In this document: in pieces, positions 27,590 to 37,163 of the stretch | How the letters are laid out: the number at the start of each line of letters is the position of its first letter | How positions within the stretch are numbered: position 1 is the first letter of the stretch | Origin: Dehalococcoidia bacterium | GTDB lineage: Bacteria > Chloroflexota > Dehalococcoidia > Plut-88900 | Length of the DNA stretch: 64,000 bases | Assembly: GCA_965249275.1 (NCBI GenBank) | Contig: CBDFLQ010000006.1 | Coordinates: 640,434-704,433 of the forward strand | Direction of reading: 5' to 3' | Translations under genes and position numbers: made by a program | Notes under the pieces: model-generated | Told to the model about the DNA's origin: nothing | Seen by the model: the letters and a program-made list of their open reading frames with translations, nothing else | Database searches by the model: none

Positions 27590-28530
27590 ACGGTCTACAG
27601 GCCCGATTGGACTCGGGACCCGTCCTGATATTGGACGGCGCAGTCGGCACTGAGCTCGAAAAAATGGGTGTGCCCATGCACGGGCAAGTCTGGTGTGCCT
27701 CTGCGCTGGACACCCATCCCGGCATCGTCCGCCAACTCCATGAGGACTACATCAACGCTGGCGCCGACATCATAACGTCCAACTCCTACGCGTCCTCGCC
27801 TCACAATCTGGAGTCCGCGGGCCTCGGGGACCGGGCCGTAGAACTGAATGCCCTGTCCATCAAGCTGGTCAGGGATGCAATCGCCAACACCGCTCCCGGC
27901 AGGCCCATATGGGTTGCCGGTTCCATGTCCAGCTTCGGGGTATACGCCTTCAGCCGGAGGGGACGCAGCCTTTTGCCGTTCCCCGTGCTTGAAGAGAGCT
28001 ACCGACTTCAGGCCCACGCTTTGGCAGATGCCGGCGCTGACTTCCTCCTCCTCGAAATGATTCGAGAGGCGGAACACGGCTCAGCACTCCTGAGAGCGGC
28101 CCTTGAGACCGGGCTCCCGGTGTGGGTCGGGCTCAGTTGCAGCCTTACCCCTGAGGGTGAAGTCCACATGCTCTCGGAGGTTGAGCCAACTGCACCCTCA
28201 GAGCTCGACTTCCTGGAAACCCTCGACGAGGTGATGTCAGTCGGCGGTTCCCTGCTGGCCGTAATGCACAGCGATGTGCCCTGCATCAGCCCCGCGCTGA
28301 GGGCTGCGCGCTCAAGTTGGAAAGGCCCCCTCGCCGCCTACGCCAACTCCGGCACCTATTTCATGGCATCCGGTTCCGACTTCGGGAAGGTCGTTCCCCC
28401 GGATACCTACCTGCAGCATGTGCAAGAGTGGGTAGACCTCGGCGCCCGAGTCGTAGGGGGCTGCTGCGGTGTGGGTAGGGAGCACATCCGCCTAATCAGC
28501 GAGGCTTTCGGCAGCGCATCGGTGAAATAG
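27580..28530 (+). CDS. Homocysteine S-methyltransferase family protein (Pfam S-methyl_trans)
   Basis: 316 aa with a GTG start overlapping the upstream stop. Contains LDGAVGTELE near the N-terminus, a Zn-binding GGCCG motif near the C-terminus, and NSY. Confidence 0.7.
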   Translation: MGVDGLQARLDSGPVLILDGAVGTELEKMGVPMHGQVWCASALDTHPGIVRQLHEDYINAGADIITSNSYASSPHNLESAGLGDRAVELNALSIKLVRDAIANTAPGRPIWVAGSMSSFGVYAFSRRGRSLLPFPVLEESYRLQAHALADAGADFLLLEMIREAEHGSALLRAALETGLPVWVGLSCSLTPEGEVHMLSEVEPTAPSELDFLETLDEVMSVGGSLLAVMHSDVPCISPALRAARSSWKGPLAAYANSGTYFMASGSDFGKVVPPDTYLQHVQEWVDLGARVVGGCCGVGREHIRLISEAFGSASVK

Positions 28531-28724
28531 TCAAAATCGCGGCGACTCCACGAAGCGCAACTCCGTGCGCCGCGGGTAGTTTCCCAGGTGAAGTGGTTGT
28601 TTGTACAATTGCTGTTCCGAATGATCTGTCATACTGATAGCAAGACAGCCGTTTTATTGCGGTAGTTGTGATTCCAAGGCCTGCCGTTACCCGCTGTTAG
28701 GCAGGAATGTTTGGGGGGTGAGCA

Positions 28725-29417
28725 ATGATAGCAAACACACTAGAACCAAAATCTTGCCCTACTTTTGACGGCATTTACGATATCCCTGAGGCGGCAAGAT
28801 ACCTAAAGGCCGCTACGCACGGAGACTCGATTTACCCGGTGAGTCCTGCCAAATTGATACGGTGGATTCGACGCGGGCTTGCATCTCTAGAACTTGTCGA
28901 TTTGTCTGGGCTTGAGCTGCTAATTGCTTTTGAGGACTTAGTCTCCATGCGTGTCATCGCTGCACTTAGAGCTGCGAGTGTTAGCTGGCCAGAAATATAC
29001 AAGACTGAGAACTGGCTGCGCGCCGAGACTGGTGTACAGCGACCATTTGCTACTGAACTAATATGGACTGGTCAAGGGCAGGTTTTCACCGAATGGACCG
29101 GCCGCTTGCTTTCCGCAAGTCGGCATGGTCAGTTAGCACTTGAATTACTGCGTAAATACCTAATCCCAGTGCATGGCCTAATCTTCGATGACTCATCCTT
29201 GGTTGCTACTTCTTGGGAGCCCGTATCAGGTGTAATACTTGAACCTAGAGTGCAATTCGGCACCCCGTGTATCAAAGGCACTCGCATCCCCACACGTACT
29301 ATCTCCGGCATGGTAGAGGCAGGCGACACGGTCAGATGGATCACTGCCGCATATGACCTTTCATCGAACGAGGTGCAGGCAGCTTGTGATTGGGAATCTC
29401 GAATCCGATCCGTATAG
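28725..29417 (+). CDS. HTH (excisionase-like) plus C-terminal DUF433 domain protein; putative antitoxin partner
   Basis: 230 aa. The N-terminus IYDIPEAARYL…LIRWIRRGL is HTH-like. The C-terminus GTPCIKGTRIPTRTISGMVEAGDTVRWITAAYDLSSNEVQAACDW matches the DUF433 pattern (GTRIPV…G.S.EEIL). Located in a low-GC islet. Confidence 0.5.
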   Translation: MIANTLEPKSCPTFDGIYDIPEAARYLKAATHGDSIYPVSPAKLIRWIRRGLASLELVDLSGLELLIAFEDLVSMRVIAALRAASVSWPEIYKTENWLRAETGVQRPFATELIWTGQGQVFTEWTGRLLSASRHGQLALELLRKYLIPVHGLIFDDSSLVATSWEPVSGVILEPRVQFGTPCIKGTRIPTRTISGMVEAGDTVRWITAAYDLSSNEVQAACDWESRIRSV

Positions 29418-29814
29418 CCAACGATTTCTGCTAGATGAGTCTTTAGTGCCTGTCGTAGCAAGAGCGCTTGAACTTGTAGGATATGCATTCGTTGACGCTG
29501 CCAGCGCCATGGGACGTAAGGGTGCCACCGACCCCGAAATTATCAAGTGGTGCAGAGACTACAATGCCGTTTGGGTCCATACCGATGATCGTGCCAAGAA
29601 ACAACACAAAGTCTTATTGGAAACCAATGCCATAAGGACCCTGTGGGTCTACAGAAGCGGCGGTAAAATGAGTGGCAAAGAACAATTACGCATTTTGTCG
29701 TTTGTTCTACCCAAACTTATAAGGAACTTTCAGGCTCGCCCCACGGATCGACACTACAGGGCAAACTCTGCCAATGAACAGGCCAAGATAAGCTTACGTC
29801 CGTTCCAGCTTTAG
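29386..29814 (+). CDS. DUF5615 (PIN-like, Mut7-C-like) family protein; putative toxin partner of the DUF433 protein
   Basis: QRFLLDESLVPVVARALELVGY… is the typical N-terminus for DUF5615 (…FLLDENL…). A GTG start at 29386 is proposed; ORF 29353 carries an N-terminal extension that overlaps the upstream gene. Confidence 0.5.
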   Translation: MIGNLESDPYSQRFLLDESLVPVVARALELVGYAFVDAASAMGRKGATDPEIIKWCRDYNAVWVHTDDRAKKQHKVLLETNAIRTLWVYRSGGKMSGKEQLRILSFVLPKLIRNFQARPTDRHYRANSANEQAKISLRPFQL

Positions 29815-29872
29815 CACTCAGCAAGCTTGGTTTTAGTCTTTTCAAGAACATCTGCATGACCGCAGTGCCCCC

Positions 29873-30685
29873 CTATCCCACCCCCCAGTCGATCCCATTA
29901 CGCAGAATCTGCACGTACTCCTCGACATCCCAGCTGGCCCTGAACGCAGCTGGCATCGACGCCGGGTCCTCGACAGTTTCGTCGAAGGCGTGGTTGGTCT
30001 GGCTGGCAGGAGAGTGGCAGTGTCCCAGCGCAACGTAGGCCACTCCGCCCTTGCCTATGTCCCTTGTATATCCCATGACCCGGGTCTTCCCGTCGGCCTG
30101 AAGTGACGTATCTTCGTCGTAGACAAACCCGTAGCCAGAGTGGTCCGGTCCCAACTCCGCCGACAGAATCACGTCGGTCTCATTCGGGTGCTGCACCTCG
30201 ATCATGTACGGTTCGTCGATTGTCATGAAGGAAGAGGGGAGCCCGCGTGTCAAAGGGTTGTCCGCCCCCGACACGTCCACGCGGAATCTCCGCGTCTGCG
30301 GGTGGCTGATGAAAAAGCTGCCGAGAGTGTCGTGGTGCTCGGTTTTGACCATGCGCCTTCGGGTCTCTCCCTCCACGCGCTTAGCCTTGCCTCCGCTGGT
30401 CCCGTGCAACCCGACCCACCGGCCCCCGTCCTCCATCCACCGCCGCACCAACTGGTTCTGATCACCGTCCAGGTGGGGCCCGGCAGTATAGGTGAGCATT
30501 AAGGCAGTGCCCGGGAGCCAGCGATGGATGTCGGTAAAGTCGTTGCCGACCGTAGCCTGCACACCCCTCTCTTCCAGCAACTCCAGGAGCCGGATACGGG
30601 CATAGTCCATGTCGTGTCCCGCCAACGCCCCAACCGGATAGCCCCCGGTAATCATGTGCACACGGCCCGGCTGAACTTCTCTCAT
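29873..30685 (-). CDS. ThuA-like (type-1 glutamine amidotransferase-like, trehalose-utilisation ThuA family) protein
   Basis: ThuA-like N-terminal region (VHMITGGYPVGALAGHDMDYARIRLLELLEERGVQATV) and WVGLHGTSGG. The start was placed at the ATG at 30685, which has an AAGGAG ribosome-binding site. Confidence 0.65.
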   Translation of the reverse strand: MREVQPGRVHMITGGYPVGALAGHDMDYARIRLLELLEERGVQATVGNDFTDIHRWLPGTALMLTYTAGPHLDGDQNQLVRRWMEDGGRWVGLHGTSGGKAKRVEGETRRRMVKTEHHDTLGSFFISHPQTRRFRVDVSGADNPLTRGLPSSFMTIDEPYMIEVQHPNETDVILSAELGPDHSGYGFVYDEDTSLQADGKTRVMGYTRDIGKGGVAYVALGHCHSPASQTNHAFDETVEDPASMPAAFRASWDVEEYVQILRNGIDWGVG

Positions 30686-30731
30686 TTCTCGCTCCTTACA
30701 CACTCACTTCTCTACTATGGATACCGTTCAC

Positions 30732-30947
30732 TTAGTCGGCCTTATTCACGTCCGCAAGCTCTAAATTCGACTGTTTAAGAAGGTTGGCAATGGCAACTCG
30801 AAGATACGCTTCCATCCGGATGCCCCGACGCCTGTGTGCCAGTTCCTGGAACAGCTCTGTCAGCAACTCTTCATCGGTACGAGGTATGCCGTCCGACATG
30901 ACCCATTGAATAAGGGACATCAACTGCCCCTGAGTGTACTCGGTCAC
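30732..30947 (-). CDS. Hypothetical 71-aa protein (GTG start), upstream of and co-oriented with ThuA
   Basis: ORF only; no recognisable family. Kept at low confidence. Confidence 0.25.
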   Translation of the reverse strand: MTEYTQGQLMSLIQWVMSDGIPRTDEELLTELFQELAHRRRGIRMEAYLRVAIANLLKQSNLELADVNKAD

Positions 30948-31113
30948 AGTCAGGCCTTGCCGTACCGGGGGCCTCGGCCCCCGAGGAACGCCCTGTTTGA
31001 TTGCTGGATCAGGTTGTTCGGGACTAGCTGAAGTTGCGATGATGAAACCCCGGTCCTGAGCGTGTCTTCTGTTACTTTGGGTCAGATATCCAGATGCCCA
31101 CGCCCTCTTACCC

Positions 31114-33018
31114 CTAGTCTTCCAGCGTCGTGATGTCTCCGGGGTCGAGGCCCAACTCCCGTGCCTTGAGCAGCCGACGCATGATCTTGCCCGACCGCGT
31201 CTTAGGCAGCACGGGCGTGAAGTCGATCTCCGTCGGAACGGCTATCGGGCCCAGTTCCTTACGCACGTGGAGCTTCAACGCCTTAACCATTTCATCCGAT
31301 CCCGACTCCCCCGCCCTCAGCGTCACGAACCCCTTGATCTGCTCGCCCTTTATCTCATCCGGCTTCCCGATTACCGCCGCCTCAGCCACCGCCGGGTGCG
31401 ATACCAGCGCACTCTCCACCTCCGCAGAACCTATCCGGTGTCCGGCCACGTTCAGTACGTCGTCGGCCCGCCCGACCACCATGTAATAGTTCTCCGCGTC
31501 CCGCAGTGCCACGTCTCCCGAGAAGTAGACGCCGGGGATGGTGTTCCAGTCCTTGTCGTATCGTGACGCGTCACCGTAGACGGTGCGGAAGAAGCTGGGG
31601 AAGGGCCGTTTGATTACAAGAAATCCACCCTTGTCGGGCTCCGTGATCGGCACGCCCTCCCTGTCCACAATATCCATCTCGACCCCCGGCAGCGGCCTCC
31701 CGACTCGGCCCGGCTTCACTTTCATGATCGGCATGGTCCCCAGGCACGGGCCGCCCGTCTCCGTCTGCCACCAGTTATCGACGATATAGCCCCACTCTCC
31801 ATTCCCGCACAGGTGCTCGTAGGCCCACTTCTGGGCCTCGGGGTTCAGGGGTTCGCCGGCACAGGTCAGCAGGCGAAGGGAGCGAAGGTCGTAGTTTTTG
31901 GCATAGTGCTCGCCGTAGCGCATCAACATCCTTAACACGGTGGGAGCGGTGAACATGACGTTGACGCCATATTTTTCGATGACGTTGTAGAAGGCGCCGG
32001 GGTCTGGGTAGTCGGGTGCCCCTTCCTTGAACACCGTAGTCGCCCCGTACAGAAGCGGCGCATACACGATGTAGCTGTGCCCCACAACCCACCCGATGTC
32101 CGACGTGCACCAGTAGACGTCGTCCTCTTTCATGTCCCAGAAGGCCCGGAAGTGGTAATACGTCCCGACCATGAAACCGCCGTGTACGTGGAGCACACCC
32201 TTGGGCTTCCCCGTAGTGCCGCTTGTGTAGAGGATGAAAAGGGGGTCTTCGGCGTTCATCACCTCGGGTTCGCAGTCGACACCCCCGCTGGCCAGAAGCT
32301 CATCGAAGTCGACCTCTTTCTCCATCAGGGGTGTGTCCTTCGTCTCCCGACGCCACACCACGATGTGCTTCAGATGGTCGATGTCTTTCGATGCTTCGTC
32401 GCTTATGCCTTTGAGGTCGACGGGCTTGCCACGCCTGTATCCGAAGTCCGCGGTTATCACTACCTTAGCCTCTGCATCTAGAATTCTCTGACGCAGCGCC
32501 CCGACGCTGAATCCCGCGTACACCACGCTATGCACCGCCCCAATCCGGGCGCAGGCCAGCATGGATATCGCTCCCTCGGAAGTCAGTGGCATGTATATGA
32601 TCACCTTGTCGCCCTTCCCGACCCCCAGGCTCCTCAGCCCATTGGCCATCCGGTTGACCAACTGGGCAAGCCGCCCGTAGGTGAGCACCTTCTCCGACCC
32701 GTCCTCCCCTATCCACACGAAGGCCGCCTTATTTTTGCGGCCGTCTTTCAGATGCCGGTCCAGGCAGTTGTAAGTTATGTTGCATTCGCCGTCCGGGAAC
32801 CACTTGAAGTTGGGGTAGTCCCATTCGAAAACCCGGGTCCAGGGTTTGTACCAGTCCAGCTCCGACGCCACCTCCGACCAGAACCCCTCAGGGTCTTCCG
32901 TGGAGCGTTTGTACTCGCTTTCGTAGTCCTGAATGTTGGCGTTTTCAACCAGCCAGGCAGGCGGCTCTATCTCGCTCGTCTCCTGCAGCAGATGGTCGAT
33001 CTGTCTTTGCTCTACCAC
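31114..33018 (-). CDS. acs: Acetyl-CoA synthetase (AMP-forming); a propionyl-CoA synthetase cannot be excluded
   Basis: 634 aa. The N-terminal region (…YKRSTEDPEGFWSEVASELDWYKPWTRVFEW…) and the motifs YTSGTTGKPKG and …GDVALRDAENYYMVVGRADDV are characteristic of Acs. Confidence 0.85.
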   Translation of the reverse strand: MVEQRQIDHLLQETSEIEPPAWLVENANIQDYESEYKRSTEDPEGFWSEVASELDWYKPWTRVFEWDYPNFKWFPDGECNITYNCLDRHLKDGRKNKAAFVWIGEDGSEKVLTYGRLAQLVNRMANGLRSLGVGKGDKVIIYMPLTSEGAISMLACARIGAVHSVVYAGFSVGALRQRILDAEAKVVITADFGYRRGKPVDLKGISDEASKDIDHLKHIVVWRRETKDTPLMEKEVDFDELLASGGVDCEPEVMNAEDPLFILYTSGTTGKPKGVLHVHGGFMVGTYYHFRAFWDMKEDDVYWCTSDIGWVVGHSYIVYAPLLYGATTVFKEGAPDYPDPGAFYNVIEKYGVNVMFTAPTVLRMLMRYGEHYAKNYDLRSLRLLTCAGEPLNPEAQKWAYEHLCGNGEWGYIVDNWWQTETGGPCLGTMPIMKVKPGRVGRPLPGVEMDIVDREGVPITEPDKGGFLVIKRPFPSFFRTVYGDASRYDKDWNTIPGVYFSGDVALRDAENYYMVVGRADDVLNVAGHRIGSAEVESALVSHPAVAEAAVIGKPDEIKGEQIKGFVTLRAGESGSDEMVKALKLHVRKELGPIAVPTEIDFTPVLPKTRSGKIMRRLLKARELGLDPGDITTLED

Positions 33019-33183
33019 AATCTCTCTCCCGTTCAGGCAGGATTAAAAGGGCCTTAAAAAGGCCGCAAAAGAGTCCGTGACATGTTAGCAGTTATCAGAG
33101 GTGCGCGAAACGGGCAGGACTACCGCCCCCCGCCCCACTACTGCTAATATGTCCCCGCAACCCAACAAATCCAGGAGACCGTA

Positions 33184-34140
33184 ATGACCAATAAAAACAT
33201 AGGAATTGTTAACGTACCCGGCGACCCCCGAGCTATCGTGGACGGCATCAAGGAACTCGAAAATGCCGGAATCCCCGCCATCTGGCTCACCACCGGCGCC
33301 CCCGGAGCCGACGCCCTTACCATCTTCTCCGCCGCCGCTGCCATCACTGACACCATAAAGATGGGCACTGCCATAACCCCCACCTGGGGCCAGCACCCGG
33401 TCTATTCCGTCCAACAGATCCAGGTCATCGCCAACCTGGCGCCCGGCAGGCTCCGGTTCGGAGTAGGGCCAAGCGGCAAGGGCGGGATGATCAAGACCTA
33501 CGGCGCCGACTTCCGGCAGCCCGTGACGAACATGCGGGAGTACATCCAGGTAGCCAAGTCGCTGCTTCAGAATGGAGAGGTCAATTTCGATGGAAGCCAG
33601 TACCGGGCCCGAGCCAGGATCAGCCCCTCCATACCAGACGTCCCGGTCATCGGCTCGGCCTTGGGCACGGGTGCATTCCGAGCCTGCGGAGAGGTCGCCG
33701 ACGGTGCGATAAGCTGGCTCTGCCCGCCTCCCTACCTCAAGAACTACGCCAGCCCAGCTCTCGAAGAAGGGGCCCGCAACGCAGGCCGCCCCACCCCACC
33801 CCTCTTCGCCCATTTCGTCACCTGCCTTCACGAAGACATCGACGAAGTGCGCGCCGCCGTCCGGCAGGACTTCACCTACTTCGCCTCCGCCGAGTTCTAC
33901 ATCAACATGTTCGCAGCCGCCGGGTTCCCGGGAATCAGCAGTGAGAGCGGCCTTTCGGACGAACTGATCGACTCCTTTACTTTCTACGGCGACCAGAACG
34001 CCATCGCATCCAGTATCCAAGGGCTATTTGATGACGGTGCCGACGAAGTCTACGCATCCATCGTCACCCCGGGCCCCGACGCCACAGCTTCCAGGCAGCG
34101 CACCGTCGCCGCCCTCAGCGAGATCAACAAGAGCCTATAG
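33184..34140 (+). CDS. LLM-class F420-dependent oxidoreductase
   Basis: 318 aa. The luciferase-like TIM-barrel pattern is present (IWLTTGAPGADALTIFSAAAAITDTIKMGTAITPT, LRFGVGPS). Confidence 0.75.
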   Translation: MTNKNIGIVNVPGDPRAIVDGIKELENAGIPAIWLTTGAPGADALTIFSAAAAITDTIKMGTAITPTWGQHPVYSVQQIQVIANLAPGRLRFGVGPSGKGGMIKTYGADFRQPVTNMREYIQVAKSLLQNGEVNFDGSQYRARARISPSIPDVPVIGSALGTGAFRACGEVADGAISWLCPPPYLKNYASPALEEGARNAGRPTPPLFAHFVTCLHEDIDEVRAAVRQDFTYFASAEFYINMFAAAGFPGISSESGLSDELIDSFTFYGDQNAIASSIQGLFDDGADEVYASIVTPGPDATASRQRTVAALSEINKSL

Positions 34141-34203
34141 ACGAGCCCGGTCAGATAACAGGCGGGAGTCGGGAGCCTAATCCACAGAGGAAGGAGGCAT
34201 CTC

Positions 34204-35859
34204 ATGGCCGAATCACCCATGAACATGCAGGACTACGAAGAGACCTACGCCTCCTTCCGACTGGACGTGCCGGAGTTCTACAACTTCGCCTTCGACGTGG
34301 TCGACAAGTGGGCCGAGGACCGCACCAAGCTCGCCCTTCTGACTATCGATTCCGAAGGCGAAACCGCCGAGCACCACACCTTCTGGGACCTGAAAGTGCA
34401 GTCCAACCGGTTCGCCAACATCCTCCGGGCCCAGGGTATTAAGAAAGGCGACCGTGCCTTCCTCATGCTCCCACGCAACCCCGAGTGGTACGTCGCGCTT
34501 CTCGGAATGATCAAGCTCGGGGTGCTGCCGATGCCCGCTACCACTATGTGCACCCCCAAGGACATCGAGTACCGGATCAACGCCTCCGACGCCGCCATAG
34601 TCATAACGGACGTCGAGAACGCTTCGAAGGTAGACCAGGTCGCCGGACAATGCCCTTCTCTCAAGTGCCTGATGACCACCCGCGGCAGTAGGACCGGCTG
34701 GCTCTCCTATGACGACGAGATGGCCCAGGCCTCACCTTATCTCGAAGATGTCAAGCCCACCCGCAGTGACGACCCGCTCATGGTCTATTTCACCTCCGGC
34801 ACCGTGGGCTACCCCAAGATGGTTCTCCACACCCAGGCTTCATACGGAATTGCCCACGTCATCACCGCCAAGTTCTGGCACGACCTCCGCTCCACCGACA
34901 TGCAGTGGACCATCTCCGACACCGGGTGGGCCAAGACCGCATATGGCAAGCTCTTCGGTCAGTGGACCCAGGGGGCGGCGGTAGTCCAGCATGACGCCAA
35001 GGGCCGCTTCGACCCCAAGGTGACCCTCAACATCCTCGGCAAGTTCGGCATCACCTCCTTCTGCGCCCCGCCGACGGTCTATCGCCTCCTGGTCCTCGAA
35101 GACCTGCAGAAGTACGACCTGTCCGGCCTGCGGCACTGCACCAGCGCCGGCGAGCCGCTTAACCCGGAGGTCATCAAGCAGTGGCAGGACGGCACGGGCC
35201 TCACCATCTACGACGGATATGGTCAGACCGAGTCGGTCCTTCTCGTCGGCAACTACCGGTGCATGCCCGTCATCCCCGGCTCGATGGGCAAGCCGACGCC
35301 CGGCTTCCTGGTTTCCATTGTCAACGAAGAGGGTGTCGAGCTTCCGACTGGAGAGGAAGGCCAAATAGCCGTGCGCGTCAAACCGGAACGACCCGTCGGG
35401 CTGTTCCGGGAGTACTGGCGCAACGAAGAGACCACCCGGGGCGTCTTCCTGGGAGACTGGTACTACACCGGAGACAAGGCCTACAAGGACGAGAACGGAT
35501 ACTACTATTTCGTAGGTCGGGCCGACGATGTGATAATCTCCGCCGGTTACCGCATCGGCCCCTTTGAGGTCGAGAGTGCGCTTATAGAGCATCCGGCAGT
35601 CGCAGAATCCGCGGTCGTGGCCAGTCCTCACCCCGTGCGCGGCGATATAGTCAAAGCCTTCGTAATCCTGAGCCCCGGCCACATCCCCTCCGACGAGCTG
35701 GTAATCAGCCTCCAGGACCACGTCAAGCAGTCCACCGCTCCCTATAAATATCCTCGTGAAATAGAGTTCGTCACCGAGCTTCCCAAGACCATCAGCGGCA
35801 AAATCCGCCGCGTCGAGCTCCGGCAACGTGAGCTCCAGCGCTATGCCAAAGATGCCTAG
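34204..35859 (+). CDS. AMP-binding acyl-CoA synthetase (medium-chain or aromatic acid-CoA ligase-like)
   Basis: 551 aa. Motifs FTSGTVGYPKMVLH, YGQTE, GDWYYTGDKAYKDENGYYYFVGRADD, and a C-terminal PKTISGKIRR. Confidence 0.8.
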   Translation: MAESPMNMQDYEETYASFRLDVPEFYNFAFDVVDKWAEDRTKLALLTIDSEGETAEHHTFWDLKVQSNRFANILRAQGIKKGDRAFLMLPRNPEWYVALLGMIKLGVLPMPATTMCTPKDIEYRINASDAAIVITDVENASKVDQVAGQCPSLKCLMTTRGSRTGWLSYDDEMAQASPYLEDVKPTRSDDPLMVYFTSGTVGYPKMVLHTQASYGIAHVITAKFWHDLRSTDMQWTISDTGWAKTAYGKLFGQWTQGAAVVQHDAKGRFDPKVTLNILGKFGITSFCAPPTVYRLLVLEDLQKYDLSGLRHCTSAGEPLNPEVIKQWQDGTGLTIYDGYGQTESVLLVGNYRCMPVIPGSMGKPTPGFLVSIVNEEGVELPTGEEGQIAVRVKPERPVGLFREYWRNEETTRGVFLGDWYYTGDKAYKDENGYYYFVGRADDVIISAGYRIGPFEVESALIEHPAVAESAVVASPHPVRGDIVKAFVILSPGHIPSDELVISLQDHVKQSTAPYKYPREIEFVTELPKTISGKIRRVELRQRELQRYAKDA

Positions 35860-35907
35860 CCTTCTAAATTGGCCCTATAGTCTCTTCGTGCAAGCCGGGA
35901 GAACAAC

Positions 35908-37155
35908 ATGACCTCCGACACCAGTCCCCTAGTGCCCGAGACTTTCGGCCCTCTCCAGGGCGTCAAGATCCTGTCCAGCGGCACCATCATTGCGCAGCCC
36001 TTCGCCGCCCTTCTCGCCGCCGAAATGGGCGCGGAGGTCATCCAGATAGAGCGCCCCGGCCAGGGAGACCTCGTGTGGCGCAACCTGGAATTCCCCATCG
36101 AAGGGCCCGGCGGGGCAAAGGTAGCCAGTGCATGGGTGCAGGAACGGCGCAACATGTTCCACGTCTCCCTGGACCTGTCACAGCCCAGGGGCAAGGAACT
36201 CTTTCTTCAGCTCGCCGCCCGGTCCGACATCTGGATGGAGTCCTCCAAGCCCGGCGCCTACCAGAAGTGGGGCCTGGACGACGAAACCGTTCTGAAGGCC
36301 AACCCGAAGCTCGTCATATGTCATGTGTCGGGCTATGGCCAAGAGGGTCATCCCGACTACCTAGGCCGCGCTTCCTATGACTTCGTTGGCCAGGGCTTCG
36401 GAGGCATGATGCACCTCACCGGATTCCCGGAACCCGAGCCTCCCGTCCGTGCCGTCCCCTGGACCGCCGACTACATCACCGCCGGCTTCTGTCTCTGGTC
36501 TTCCCTCGCTGGATACATCCACGCCCAGCGCACAGGGCAGGGGCAGGTTATCGACCTCGCCCAGTACGAGGCCATCCACAAGACCCTCGCAGGGACTATG
36601 GTCGCCTACTACGAGATGGGTCTGAACCGAGGCCGCTCCGGCAACAAGGCCGGCCTCTTCCAGCCATACGACGTGTTCCATGCCAAGGACGGCTGGGTCA
36701 TCATCGCCGCCGTGGGCACTCCCTACGACCGCGTGTGCGGCGTGCTGGGCCTCGACCCGAAAGAAGAGAAGTGGCAGAAGGCCCACCAGGGTGTCTACAC
36801 CCCCGAGGGCCTGGAGTTCGACGCCATCCTCCGCGCCTGGGCAGAAGAACGCACCGTCCAGCAGATAGTCGACACTATGAACGAGGCCCAGGTCGCTGCC
36901 TGTCCAATCATGACCCCCGAGGACACAGCCAAAGACCCTCACTACGAGTTGCGGGACATGCACGTGGAGTGGGAAGACGTTCAACTTGGCCGCAAGGTCA
37001 AGGGCACGGGGGTCGTGCCCAAATTCTCGGAGACGCCGGGCAAGATCTGGCGTGGGTCCGTGGGTCTGGGCCACGACAACGAGCTCATCTTCTCCAAGCT
37101 GCTGGACCTCAGTTCCGATGAAATTGCGGCCCTAAAACAGGAAGGTATAACTTAG
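35908..37155 (+). CDS. Family III CoA-transferase (CaiB/BaiF)
   Basis: 415 aa, with the N-terminal signature GVKILSSGTIIAQPFAALLAAEMGAEVIQIERP. Confidence 0.75.
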   Translation: MTSDTSPLVPETFGPLQGVKILSSGTIIAQPFAALLAAEMGAEVIQIERPGQGDLVWRNLEFPIEGPGGAKVASAWVQERRNMFHVSLDLSQPRGKELFLQLAARSDIWMESSKPGAYQKWGLDDETVLKANPKLVICHVSGYGQEGHPDYLGRASYDFVGQGFGGMMHLTGFPEPEPPVRAVPWTADYITAGFCLWSSLAGYIHAQRTGQGQVIDLAQYEAIHKTLAGTMVAYYEMGLNRGRSGNKAGLFQPYDVFHAKDGWVIIAAVGTPYDRVCGVLGLDPKEEKWQKAHQGVYTPEGLEFDAILRAWAEERTVQQIVDTMNEAQVAACPIMTPEDTAKDPHYELRDMHVEWEDVQLGRKVKGTGVVPKFSETPGKIWRGSVGLGHDNELIFSKLLDLSSDEIAALKQEGIT

Positions 37156-37163
37156 GACTTACC

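Noticed and set aside
36361-37074. 237-aa minus-strand ORF inside the CoA-transferase gene
   Set aside because: It is antisense to a gene with a clear CaiB signature, a typical GC-rich shadow ORF.
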